Shown in pieces: positions 9,311 through 17,702 of a stretch of 36,430 nt of DNA (the first letter of the stretch is position 1; each line of letters starts with the position of its first letter). The position numbers and the translations under genes were made by a program. The stretch is from an uncultured bacterium (lineage in GTDB: Bacteria > T1Sed10-126): NCBI GenBank assembly GCA_964440635.1, contig CAYTSZ010000002.1:1-36430 (forward strand), given 5' to 3'. Under the pieces are notes generated by a model that was not told the origin of the DNA, searched no databases, and saw only the letters and a program-made list of their open reading frames with translations.

Positions 9311-9403
9311 TGGATTACCGGGTCATCCAGCACTCAATCGGGAGCTACCAGTGAAAATTTTATGTTTTTTCTGCAATTCCCCGATTGAGTACTGGACGGC
9401 AAT
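9311..9403 (+). repeat. long-hairpin element copy 2, with its loop inverted relative to copy 1
   Basis: The flanks are the same as copy 1 (TGGATTACCGGGTCATCCAGCACTCAATCGGG ... CCCGATTGAGTACTGGACGGCAAT). The 37-nt loop AGCTACCAGTGAAAATTTTATGTTTTTTCTGCAATTC is the reverse complement of the copy-1 loop, 36/37. Confidence 0.88.
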
Positions 9404-9538
9404 TGCGAAACCGTTAGAATGATCTGACAGTGACGACTGGATGGTTTCTCCTTTTGATTTATTATGCGAAAATATATGAACTACAGATAAAACCGGTCAC
9501 ACCGGAATCAATACTGCTTTAATGGAGTGATTGAAGAA

Positions 9539-10789
9539 ATGGTGTTTGAAAAAATATCTTCCCGAATAGATTCTAAACGGGATAAAATAAACGATTATAT
9601 CTCAGAAAGATTAAGTGAACAGCCCTTGCCTTTTTACAGTTCGTTCGACGTCAGGGCCAGCAGTTGCAAAGCGGCGGTAGTTGACGCTAATCTTTTTCCT
9701 GCAGGATTTAATAATATTTGTCCCGGCGGGCTGCGGGCCGCGGCCCAGCTTGCAGAACAGATACTGCTCAAGCGCCAGGACAAAAATCTGAGAGTAATAG
9801 GCATCTACTCGGAAAATCATACCCGCAACAGCTACTACTTTCAGAACCTGCACGCCCTGCAAAAGCTCCTCAGCCAGGCGGGTTTTCGTGTCTTTCTGGT
9901 GACAGATAATGACTATTTCAAAGATGACCCGGCTACTTTAAACACAGCCCGGGGAGATGAAATTAAATTGCATCAACTGTCCAAAAATAACGGTAATTTG
10001 ACCGCGGGCGGAGAAAATATCGATCTGCTTCTTTCCAACAATGATTTTTCGGATGGAGTACCTGATTTGTTAAAGGAATGTCAAACTCCAATAACCCCGC
10101 CACCGCTGGCCGGCTGGTGGAACAGGAGAAAATACCAGCATTTTTCAGAGGCCAGAAAGATTATTAGCGAACTTGCTGAAATACTGGAAATTGATCCCTG
10201 GCACCTTTTTCCACAGACTGAATTTGTTTCCGGGGTAAACTTTGAAACCAGGGATGGTTTTGAGGAGATCGCAGAAAAAATAGAACTGATAAACACCCGG
10301 ACCCGAAACAAGCTGGCCGAGATCGGCGAAGAGGAACCGGTTGCCGCTTTTGTGAAGAGCGCGCGGGGGACCTACGGAATGGGCGTTTACGCCTTTGAAA
10401 GCGGCTCGGATTTTTTAAATATCAACCGCAGTCGTCGCGACAGCATGGCCCGGCGCAAAGGGGGCGGAACAAATAACTCTGTTATTATCCAGGAATCAGT
10501 GAGAACCGCCGACCGGGTCGAAGATCTTGTAGCAGAGCCGGTTATCTACTGCCTCGAACACCAACCAATCGGTGGATTTCTCCGGACCAACAAAAAAAGA
10601 TCCGACCTGGAGAATCTAAATTCCCGGGGAATGAAATTCACTTCCGAGGATCTGTGTCCGATGTTCATCCACGATGCCAACAAAAACGAGGGAACAAACA
10701 TCACCCAGGCGCGAATAGACACCTATAAATTGCTGGCAACCGCAGCCACACTGGCCTGCGGCCGGGAAATAGAAGAACTTACTTCTTAA
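9539..10789 (+). CDS. glutamate-cysteine ligase-like protein (GshA, T. ferrooxidans-type family)
   Basis: About 416 aa. The N-terminal pattern (PFYSSFDVR...KAAVVDANLFPAGFNN) and overall length match my recollection of TIGR02049-type GshA. ATG 9539 has GGAG 11 nt upstream; the alternative is GTG 9527. Confidence 0.65.
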   Translation: MVFEKISSRIDSKRDKINDYISERLSEQPLPFYSSFDVRASSCKAAVVDANLFPAGFNNICPGGLRAAAQLAEQILLKRQDKNLRVIGIYSENHTRNSYYFQNLHALQKLLSQAGFRVFLVTDNDYFKDDPATLNTARGDEIKLHQLSKNNGNLTAGGENIDLLLSNNDFSDGVPDLLKECQTPITPPPLAGWWNRRKYQHFSEARKIISELAEILEIDPWHLFPQTEFVSGVNFETRDGFEEIAEKIELINTRTRNKLAEIGEEEPVAAFVKSARGTYGMGVYAFESGSDFLNINRSRRDSMARRKGGGTNNSVIIQESVRTADRVEDLVAEPVIYCLEHQPIGGFLRTNKKRSDLENLNSRGMKFTSEDLCPMFIHDANKNEGTNITQARIDTYKLLATAATLACGREIEELTS

Positions 10790-12404
10790 TTACTTTGCCG
10801 GGGAAAGAGTCGGCTGACTGCTCACCGACGCTGATCACCGGCTGTCCGTTAACAAACAAATATTCCACTCCGGCGGCAAGTTTATGGGGTTGTTTATAAG
10901 TGGCGCGATCTTTTAATTTGTTCGGATCAAAAACAACAATATCGGCCGCGTACCCATTTTCCAACAGACCACGATCTTCAAGACCGAGTTGCCCGGCCGG
11001 CAGCGAGGTCATTTTACGCACAGCTTCTTCCAGGCTCAGCAGATCGTCTTCTATAGCAAACCGGCGCAGCATCCGGGGGAAAGTTCCATAATAGCGGGGA
11101 TGGGGTTTAGAATCCAGCCAGTGGCCTTCCGGTGGGATAGCCAGACCGTCGGAGCCGACCGAGGAAACCGAATGTGAATATAGAAAACTAATATCCTCCT
11201 CGCACATGTATTCGTAAAGACCAATTACGTTTCCTTTTTCTTCGACAAGAAGATCAAAAAAACATTCCCAGGGATCACAGTTTCGTTCCTTCGCAATCTC
11301 TGCCAGGGTTTTACCGACCAGACCACGGTTTTTTTCTGAGCCGACAGAACTTATTGTGGTTCCCTCCGGGGTGAGAGAGCCAGGTCCATTGTAACCGGGC
11401 CAGTCCTCATCACCTTCAAGTATGGCCCGGCGCAGACGGGTACGATTTGAGCTATCAGAGAGACGCTCAACAAGATCCTGCCGGCTGCCGCGGCGAGCCC
11501 AGCGGGGCAGCAGAGCACTCAGATAGGTGCTTCCGACCAGATACGGATATACATCAAATCCTACATCCAACCCCTGATCGCGGGCATTATCGATTCTATT
11601 TACCGCCGGGCGAACAAGACCCCAGTTTTTTTCTCCGGCTGCCTTCAGATGGGATATTTCTGTCCTGACCCCGGTTTTTTTAACAATTTCCAGGGTTTCA
11701 TCAACCGCTTCAAGCAAACGATAACCTTCATTTCTCATGTGAATTGACAAAAGAGAATCATGCTCAGAAACAATCCCGGCCAGCTCTATAAGTTCATTCG
11801 TCTTGGCATAACAGCAGGGGGAATAAACAAGTCCGGTTGACATCCCGAATGCTCCGGCCCGAAGACACTGGCCGAGCAGCTCTTTCATCTGCTCAATCTC
11901 TTTTTCGGTGGCCGGACGGGGTTCAAATCCCATGACCGCAGCCCTAATAGAACCGTGGCCAACCAGAGGAACAACATTAGGAGCAGTATCACTGTTCGAA
12001 AGAAACTCAAGATAATCCGGAAAGCTGTCCCATTCCCAGTCAACATCGGCGGCCATATAGGTAAATGTATCCCGGACTCTGTTTTTATTTTCTTTGGTCA
12101 CGGGAGCCGGAGACATAGAACAGTTACCGGTCACTTCAGTCGTCACACCCTGGTAAGTTTTACTGAGCCCCCGACCGTCTTCGAGCAAACTTAAATCAGA
12201 ATGGGAATGGATGTCAATAAATCCGGGCGCGAGGATGCAGCCACTCATGTCAAGACGGGGACAATCCAATTTTTCAGGTAATTTTCCCATTGCGGCGATC
12301 TCACCGGATCTAACCGCCACATCTTTAGCAGAACGAACAGCACCACTGCCATCAATAACCTCGGCTCCGACTAAAACAAAATCAAAATTACTATCCCTGC
12401 CCAT
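10779..12404 (-). CDS. N-acyl-D-amino-acid deacylase (D-aminoacylase, amidohydrolase superfamily)
   Basis: 541 aa: DGSG...PGFIDIHSHSD metal-binding N-terminus, HMRNE, and C-terminal ADIVVFD...VNG. The 3' end overlaps the convergent gshA-like gene by 11 nt. Confidence 0.85.
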   Translation of the reverse strand: MGRDSNFDFVLVGAEVIDGSGAVRSAKDVAVRSGEIAAMGKLPEKLDCPRLDMSGCILAPGFIDIHSHSDLSLLEDGRGLSKTYQGVTTEVTGNCSMSPAPVTKENKNRVRDTFTYMAADVDWEWDSFPDYLEFLSNSDTAPNVVPLVGHGSIRAAVMGFEPRPATEKEIEQMKELLGQCLRAGAFGMSTGLVYSPCCYAKTNELIELAGIVSEHDSLLSIHMRNEGYRLLEAVDETLEIVKKTGVRTEISHLKAAGEKNWGLVRPAVNRIDNARDQGLDVGFDVYPYLVGSTYLSALLPRWARRGSRQDLVERLSDSSNRTRLRRAILEGDEDWPGYNGPGSLTPEGTTISSVGSEKNRGLVGKTLAEIAKERNCDPWECFFDLLVEEKGNVIGLYEYMCEEDISFLYSHSVSSVGSDGLAIPPEGHWLDSKPHPRYYGTFPRMLRRFAIEDDLLSLEEAVRKMTSLPAGQLGLEDRGLLENGYAADIVVFDPNKLKDRATYKQPHKLAAGVEYLFVNGQPVISVGEQSADSFPGKVIKK

Positions 12405-12504
12405 ACTACCTCTACCTCACTCATAATAAAATTATTCGCGCATCTATGGTGGAAATTATAAATTGGGTTCCTGCATATGGCAATGCATCAAAATCAAAAC
12501 ATTT

Positions 12505-12614
12505 TTCACCACAGAGAGGTCACAAAGGTAAAATCAAAACCGATAAACAAAGTGCATAGTTCAAACTATAAATCAAAACCAATGGATTGCGGATCGCTGA
12601 CCGGGATGACAACC
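12505..12614 (+). repeat. mosaic repeat modules D'/E'/B' (left part of copy LR3)
   Basis: 12526-12614 is 87/89 identical to 21894-21982 in direct orientation. It includes the diverged REP-B hairpin TGGATTGCGGATCGCTGACCGGGATGAC (12583-12610). Confidence 0.88.
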
Positions 12615-12627
12615 AAAAGAAGCCATC

Positions 12628-12720
12628 ATTGCCGTCCAGCACTCGATAGGGAGTTACCAGTGGGAACTTTATACTTTTTCATCAACTCCTCGATTGAGTG
12701 CTGGATGACCCGACAATCCA
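12628..12720 (-). repeat. long-hairpin element copy 3 (whole element inverted, stem decayed)
   Basis: ATTGCCGTCCAGCACTCGATAGGG ... CCTCGATTGAGTGCTGGATGACCCGACAATCCA is the reverse complement of the copy-1 architecture. The loop orientation matches copy 1. There are about 3 stem mismatches. Confidence 0.8.
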
Positions 12721-12731
12721 CTCTACCCCCG

Positions 12732-12762
12732 CCGTCATTACCGGGCTTGACCCGGTAATCCA
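12732..12762 (-). repeat. REP-A hairpin (inverted)
   Basis: CCGTCATTACCGGGCTTGACCCGGTAATCCA is the reverse complement of the 9229-type unit. Confidence 0.85.
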
Positions 12763-12806
12763 TGTTGAAGTTGATGTTGGTTGACAGGTGTAATTCAAAA
12801 TAAAAA

Positions 12807-12835
12807 TGGATTCCGGGGTCAAGCCCCGGAATGAC
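12807..12835 (+). repeat. REP-B hairpin TGGATTCCGGGGTCAAGCCCCGGAATGAC
   Basis: Exact reverse complement of the core of the 9155-9184 hairpin. Confidence 0.85.
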
Positions 12836-13145
12836 AACCTAAAACAGGTTGCCTTCGCCGTTAAAGTTCCCCAGTCACCTCATCACGCAATCACGACTCA
12901 GCTTTTGAATCTACTCCTTAACTTCTTCACTCTGGTGGTTTAGGATTTTATCCCTCTCGAATGCCTTTGAATTTCCTCTGTGTCCCTCTGCGACCTCTGT
13001 GGTAAAAAAGTAGTTGATATTGAATTTGATGTTGATGTTGCTGTCCTACTGTCTCCCCTTCCCCTTGTCCGCCTCATTCTCTGTGGTAAAACGGGGGTTG
13101 AATTGGTTTTAACTATAAACTACGAACGATGAACTATAAACTGGG
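12836..13145 (+). repeat. mosaic repeat modules G, F, X, D, E (right part of copy LR3)
   Basis: 12878-12932 is 55/55 identical to 22124-22178. 12976-13100 is an inverted relative of 21800-21893 (TTTTACCACAGAGG..., GACAAGGGGAAGGGGAGACAG, CAACATCAAC motifs). 13098-13145 is the E module. Confidence 0.85.
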
Positions 13146-13152
13146 TTTTTAA

Positions 13153-13539
13153 TTACTTTTTTTCGAAAAGTTCGCTTAATTCTCTTTCTATGAGGCTTGA
13201 GTCACCTACGTTTAGCTCGAGCATGCGGCGGAGATGATCGAGGCTGTCGATATCAATTTCATCCCAGTCAAGCCCGACTTCTTTTTTTTCACAGTGAGCC
13301 GTATGGGCTTTCATTTTAATTTTTTCTGTCTCCCCCAGTTCTATTTCAATATTTACTGTTTTTCCTTCTTCACAGGAAAAATCCGCGGGTTTTTCAAGCA
13401 AAACTCCTTTTAAAGAAATATCAAGTAACTCCGCCTGCCAGGTCTTTCCGTCCACTTCAATTTTAGCTGGTTTGTGGATCGAAATTCGTCTAAACTTTCG
13501 ACGTTCATTTGAATTACCCTTTTCGTTTTCTGAATTCAT
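13153..13539 (-). CDS. PilZ-domain protein
   Basis: 128 aa with RRKFRR followed by DISLKG, which is the RxxxR ... D/NxSxxG c-di-GMP-binding signature. Confidence 0.8.
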   Translation of the reverse strand: MNSENEKGNSNERRKFRRISIHKPAKIEVDGKTWQAELLDISLKGVLLEKPADFSCEEGKTVNIEIELGETEKIKMKAHTAHCEKKEVGLDWDEIDIDSLDHLRRMLELNVGDSSLIERELSELFEKK

Positions 13540-13600
13540 AGTTTTACCACCTTTACAATTTTTTTATTCCCAGCTCATCTTAAGTCAGATTAATATCAAT

Positions 13601-15724
13601 TCAAATCCGAGCAATAGAAGGTGCTTTGAACTTGATAATAAACTCCGTGTAGCCATTCGAGTTATAGCTCAGTTCGCCTTCAAGCTGTTTTTCAACCATG
13701 GTGGTCACCAGTTTTAAACCAAGCGAGGTGCCTTCTTTAAGACTGAATCCTTCCGGCAAACCCACTCCATTATCACGTATTTTTAGTTCATGATATTCCT
13801 CGCCAGTTTTAAATACTAATTCTATCTCCCCCTCTTTTCGACCTTTAAAACCATGTCTGACTGCATTGGTCAGCAATTCGTTTATAACCAACCCGCAGGG
13901 GATCATCAGATCAAGAGAAAAATTTGCCTCATCCAGATCAAAATTAATATTTATATCCAATTCCGGATCCTTGAGAGTGGTAATCACCTCAGTGGTTAAT
14001 TCCTTAAGATATGAAGTGAAATCTATCCGGGAAAGTTCTTTATTAGAATAAATATTTTTATGGACAAGAGCCATTGCATTTAAACGGGTTATAGCTTCTT
14101 CCAGAACCTGGCAGGTTTCTTCACCGGAAGCTGAAACAAGCTGCATTTCCAGAAAACTTATCATGGTAAAAAGATTATTCTTTACGCGGTGATGAACTTC
14201 CTGCAGCAAAGTTTTTTCCTCCTCCAGTGAGTCACGTAGATTTTCCTGATTCCTGAGTGCTTTCAAGCCAAAAGAAATATCTACAGCAAACTCTTTTAAC
14301 AATTCAATCTCCGAGGCTGAAAAAACTGACATTTTTTTTGAATAAAGTGCGACAACACCGACCGCCTGATCTTTTATTTTTAAAGGGAAAATAGCCAAAC
14401 AACGATACCCGTATTCCCGGACTTTTTCCCGGGAAAAATTTACTGTTTGTTGATTATCAAGATTTTCAATTATCTTTCTTTCCCCGGTTTCAAGGACCAG
14501 CAATGAAGGATCGTTTTCATTAATTATTTTAGAATCAGAATCTGTTATCTCATCCAGGTAGCCGTCCTCGCCGCCACAATGGGCGCATACTTCCAGGCCC
14601 TCATTCTCCCGCCCGATCCAGGCCAGATCATAACCTCCGGTTTCAACAATAATCCGACAGACTTCAGCAAACAGTTTTTTTTCATCAGGCGCCCTCATCA
14701 TCGCCTGATTTGAATCTATCAAAATATTGAGAGCCCGGTTTCTTTCCTTTAGCCTGCCGGTCTGACTCTTAACACGTTTTCGAAGTATAAAAGTACCCAC
14801 GGCCAGAAAAATAACAGCCCCACCTCCGACAATCAAGGCCCAGATCAACCAGGGCGGAACCAGGGTTATGGGTTCGTAGAGGTCGGCCATATATTTTTCC
14901 TTGACCTGGTAGAAAAAGGATTCGGGGTTGCGTTTCATCCGCTCAAGTTGAAAGTCAATCCTCTCAACAAGATACGGGGTAAGCTTAGCTTCCGGTGGAA
15001 AAGCGGCATACATGCGATAGGGGGAAAAGCTAATGGTGGACGGAGCAATATGATCTTTAGTATCCATGTTATTTTTCAGATATCTTCCGGTAAGCCTTCC
15101 GAAAACTCCCGCATCAACCTCTCCTTTCAGCAACGCTTTAAAAAGTAACCTGTAACTACTATAACCACGGTATCCAGCTTGAAAATCAAATCTACTCATG
15201 AGTTCTTTTATAGACTGCGAACCTTCTTCAAAAAATATATCCCGCGACAATCCCCCGATCTTTTTCCCGGCCAGATCCTTAAAGCTTTCAATATTCATAT
15301 CGCGGGGAGCATATACCTGTGCCCAGTCGGAAATAAACGGCTGCTGGTTATACTTATATTTCTCGAGTCTCCCCGGAGAACGGCCTATCCCAAGTAAAAC
15401 ATCTATTTTGCCACTCTCCAGACGGTTCAGACATTCCTCCCAGCTCAAGAACAGATATTCGACAGACCAACTCTCCTTCTGGGCAATCCGGGAAAAAACT
15501 TCAGGCAAAATCCCCGCCGCCTGACCAGCCTTATTCTTAAACAACAACGGATAATAATCATAGTAGGCTACTCTCAGTTTAATATCGGGGGAGGAGGGTT
15601 CGGTCCGGGCAAACACCACCAGAGAGGTAACCCCGGAAACGACGGTGATTAAGACCAGAAATACAGAAAACCAAGTTCTCCATTTTGACATCCAGTTCAT
15701 ATCAATGACCAGATCACTCCGCAT
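13601..15724 (-). CDS. sensor histidine kinase: periplasmic solute-binding (SBP_bac_3-like) domain, TM, GAF, HisKA_2, HATPase
   Basis: ORF 13601..15760. It has an N-terminal TM, a roughly 250-aa periplasmic domain, a second TM, a GAF-like region, the H-box EVHHRVKNNL (HisKA_2/HWE-type), and NELLTNAVRH...DNGVG...GLGL ATPase boxes. The start is ambiguous (15760 GTG, or 15724, 15700, 15691 ATG); none has a strong RBS. Confidence 0.85.
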   Translation of the reverse strand: MRSDLVIDMNWMSKWRTWFSVFLVLITVVSGVTSLVVFARTEPSSPDIKLRVAYYDYYPLLFKNKAGQAAGILPEVFSRIAQKESWSVEYLFLSWEECLNRLESGKIDVLLGIGRSPGRLEKYKYNQQPFISDWAQVYAPRDMNIESFKDLAGKKIGGLSRDIFFEEGSQSIKELMSRFDFQAGYRGYSSYRLLFKALLKGEVDAGVFGRLTGRYLKNNMDTKDHIAPSTISFSPYRMYAAFPPEAKLTPYLVERIDFQLERMKRNPESFFYQVKEKYMADLYEPITLVPPWLIWALIVGGGAVIFLAVGTFILRKRVKSQTGRLKERNRALNILIDSNQAMMRAPDEKKLFAEVCRIIVETGGYDLAWIGRENEGLEVCAHCGGEDGYLDEITDSDSKIINENDPSLLVLETGERKIIENLDNQQTVNFSREKVREYGYRCLAIFPLKIKDQAVGVVALYSKKMSVFSASEIELLKEFAVDISFGLKALRNQENLRDSLEEEKTLLQEVHHRVKNNLFTMISFLEMQLVSASGEETCQVLEEAITRLNAMALVHKNIYSNKELSRIDFTSYLKELTTEVITTLKDPELDININFDLDEANFSLDLMIPCGLVINELLTNAVRHGFKGRKEGEIELVFKTGEEYHELKIRDNGVGLPEGFSLKEGTSLGLKLVTTMVEKQLEGELSYNSNGYTEFIIKFKAPSIARI

Positions 15725-15803
15725 ACCAGTATTCGCAGGACCACCAACCGCCTGCCACACAGTAAAGTATAATTACTTTTTTGCAGAATAAAACAAGAAT
15801 ATT

Positions 15804-16928
15804 TTAATCGAGTGTGGAGCGCACCAGGTTGCGAGCGTCAGTGTCAGCGGAAAGGAGGTTGGAAAGTTCAAGCGGATTCGAAGGAGAATGGTTATCAAGG
15901 GCCATTTCAACAAGTTCTGAGATCTGCATGAACCCAATATCCCCGGTAAGAAAAGCCTGCACGGCCACTTCGTTTGCAGCGTTCAAAACCGCAGGATAGG
16001 TTTCACCTGCCTGTAAAGCCCTCCGGGCAAGAGCGAAAGCCGGAAATCGTTTGGTATCTACAGGTTCAAAATCCCAGCTAAACGGCTGGCTGAGATCAAT
16101 CGCTTCGACTACCGCCCGGCGACGGTTCGGATAAAACATGGCGTATTGAATCGGCAGGCGCATGTCGGGAGCGGCACACTGGGCCAGAAGGGAATTATCC
16201 TGAAAACAGACAAAACCATGGACCGAAGACTGGGGATGAACAACCGCGTCTACCTGATCGGGTTCAAGTCCAAACAGGTAACAGGCTTCTATTACCTCCA
16301 GTCCTTTATTCATCATAGTTGCCGAATCAATGGTAACTTTAACCCCCATATCCCAGTTAGGATGATCCAGGGCCTGCTCGGGTGTAACATCCTTTAATTC
16401 TTCCAATGATCGGCTGCGAAAAGGGCCTCCGGAAGCTGTGATTATAACCTTTGACACTTCTTCTATTTTTTCTCCGTTCAATATTTGAAAAAGAGCGCTG
16501 TGTTCACTGTCCACGGGTATAAGCCGGCCATCACTTTCAGATTCAAGTTTTGATATCAGTTCTCCGGCCACGACCATAACTTCTTTATTGGCAAGGGCAA
16601 CGGTAGTTCCCGCTTTTAAGGCAGTAATACAGGGCGCGAGTCCCGCTGCTCCCACCACGGAAAGGACCAGGATATCAAGATCCATCCCTGCTATTTCATC
16701 CAGGGCCTCCGGCCCATTCAACCAGTCTCCACATTCTTCGTGGAGACGGGGATCGGTGACTCCCACCGTGGAAACATTAAACTCCCGGGCCTGCTCGGAA
16801 ACCTGTTTAAGGGAAGAATGAGTGCTCAGGGCAACCACATCAAACTGCCGGGGAAAACTGCGTACAACATCGAGTGTTTGAGTTCCAATCGAACCGGTTG
16901 AACCCAGGATGGCTATTTTTTTGCTCAT
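15804..16928 (-). CDS. dxr: 1-deoxy-D-xylulose-5-phosphate reductoisomerase
   Basis: ILGSTGSIGTQTLDV N-terminus, LANKE, DSEHSA and NAANE motifs. 374 aa. Confidence 0.95.
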   Translation of the reverse strand: MSKKIAILGSTGSIGTQTLDVVRSFPRQFDVVALSTHSSLKQVSEQAREFNVSTVGVTDPRLHEECGDWLNGPEALDEIAGMDLDILVLSVVGAAGLAPCITALKAGTTVALANKEVMVVAGELISKLESESDGRLIPVDSEHSALFQILNGEKIEEVSKVIITASGGPFRSRSLEELKDVTPEQALDHPNWDMGVKVTIDSATMMNKGLEVIEACYLFGLEPDQVDAVVHPQSSVHGFVCFQDNSLLAQCAAPDMRLPIQYAMFYPNRRRAVVEAIDLSQPFSWDFEPVDTKRFPAFALARRALQAGETYPAVLNAANEVAVQAFLTGDIGFMQISELVEMALDNHSPSNPLELSNLLSADTDARNLVRSTLD

Positions 16929-17689
16929 TATATTAATCCGGCCCCGGACAGAATCGTATAATAGACAGCCGTATTTATCAGCAGTGCATCCACCCGATCC
17001 AGCAGGCCCCCATGGCCGGGAAATATTTTCCCGGTATCATCAAGCTGCGAACAGCGTTTCAGACCTGAAAACATCAAATCTCCACAGGAACCGCTAACAC
17101 CCAGACAGACTCCCAGCAGGAGTGAAATCCAGAGGGGGAAAAACACATAATACGAAGCAAGTAAAAAAACAGCCAGTCCTCCCAGAAGGCCGGTTATAAA
17201 ACCGGCCCATGTCTTGCGCGGACTCAACCCGGGAGAGAAAGTCGGTTCACCGCCAAACAACATCCCCCCGTAGAGGGCCATAGTATCCTGGGCGATGGTG
17301 GCGATAATTAGAACCAGGACCAGAAAAAAACCTTCCGTTTGAATGCGGAGGCTGTAGAGAAGACCCACGGGCAAAGCAAGCCAGATCATTCCCGCCGCAC
17401 TCCAGGTTATCAGTTTTGAAAAATCAGGTTCCTGGCTGGCAAGCATCCTGAGAGCCGGCAGAAGCAGAAGAACCGGAAGAACATAAAATTTTTCAGTAAT
17501 AATAAAAATAAGTGACAGAAAAATAACAACACTAATCAACACCCGGGGGTGGCCGGCTAAATTTGCCCATTCCACGCCGGCAATTATCAGACACAGACTC
17601 AGAAAAACAAACCATCCCGTCCCCCCGAACCAGAGGGCAGTAAACGCAATCAAAGCAAACACAATACCGGTCAGCCAGCGTAATATCAT
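16928..17689 (-). CDS. cdsA: phosphatidate cytidylyltransferase
   Basis: Polytopic membrane protein with the C-terminal S.LKR...KD.G...PGHGG.LDR.D signature (SGLKRCSQLDDTGKIFPGHGGLLDRVD). I prefer the start at M39 (17689), 14 nt after the uppS stop. The longer ORF (to 17803) would overlap uppS by 101 nt. Confidence 0.9.
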   Translation of the reverse strand: MILRWLTGIVFALIAFTALWFGGTGWFVFLSLCLIIAGVEWANLAGHPRVLISVVIFLSLIFIITEKFYVLPVLLLLPALRMLASQEPDFSKLITWSAAGMIWLALPVGLLYSLRIQTEGFFLVLVLIIATIAQDTMALYGGMLFGGEPTFSPGLSPRKTWAGFITGLLGGLAVFLLASYYVFFPLWISLLLGVCLGVSGSCGDLMFSGLKRCSQLDDTGKIFPGHGGLLDRVDALLINTAVYYTILSGAGLI

Positions 17690-17702
17690 ATTATCAGTAC
17701 TC

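Noticed and set aside
9229-9403. CRISPR-like appearance of regularly spaced 30-bp palindromic repeats
   Set aside because: There are only about three units. The 'spacers' are the same 10-11-nt linker (GGCAGGTGAAR) each time. The repeats are the dispersed REP-A hairpin found elsewhere in the window, and no cas genes are present.
9392-9405. Sigma54-like TGGACGGCAATTGC at the right end of long-hairpin copy 2, upstream of the gshA-like gene
   Set aside because: The GG-to-GC spacing is one nucleotide shorter than the TGGCAC-N5-TTGC consensus, and the TTGC is absent from the other copies (2971-2984, 12615-12631).
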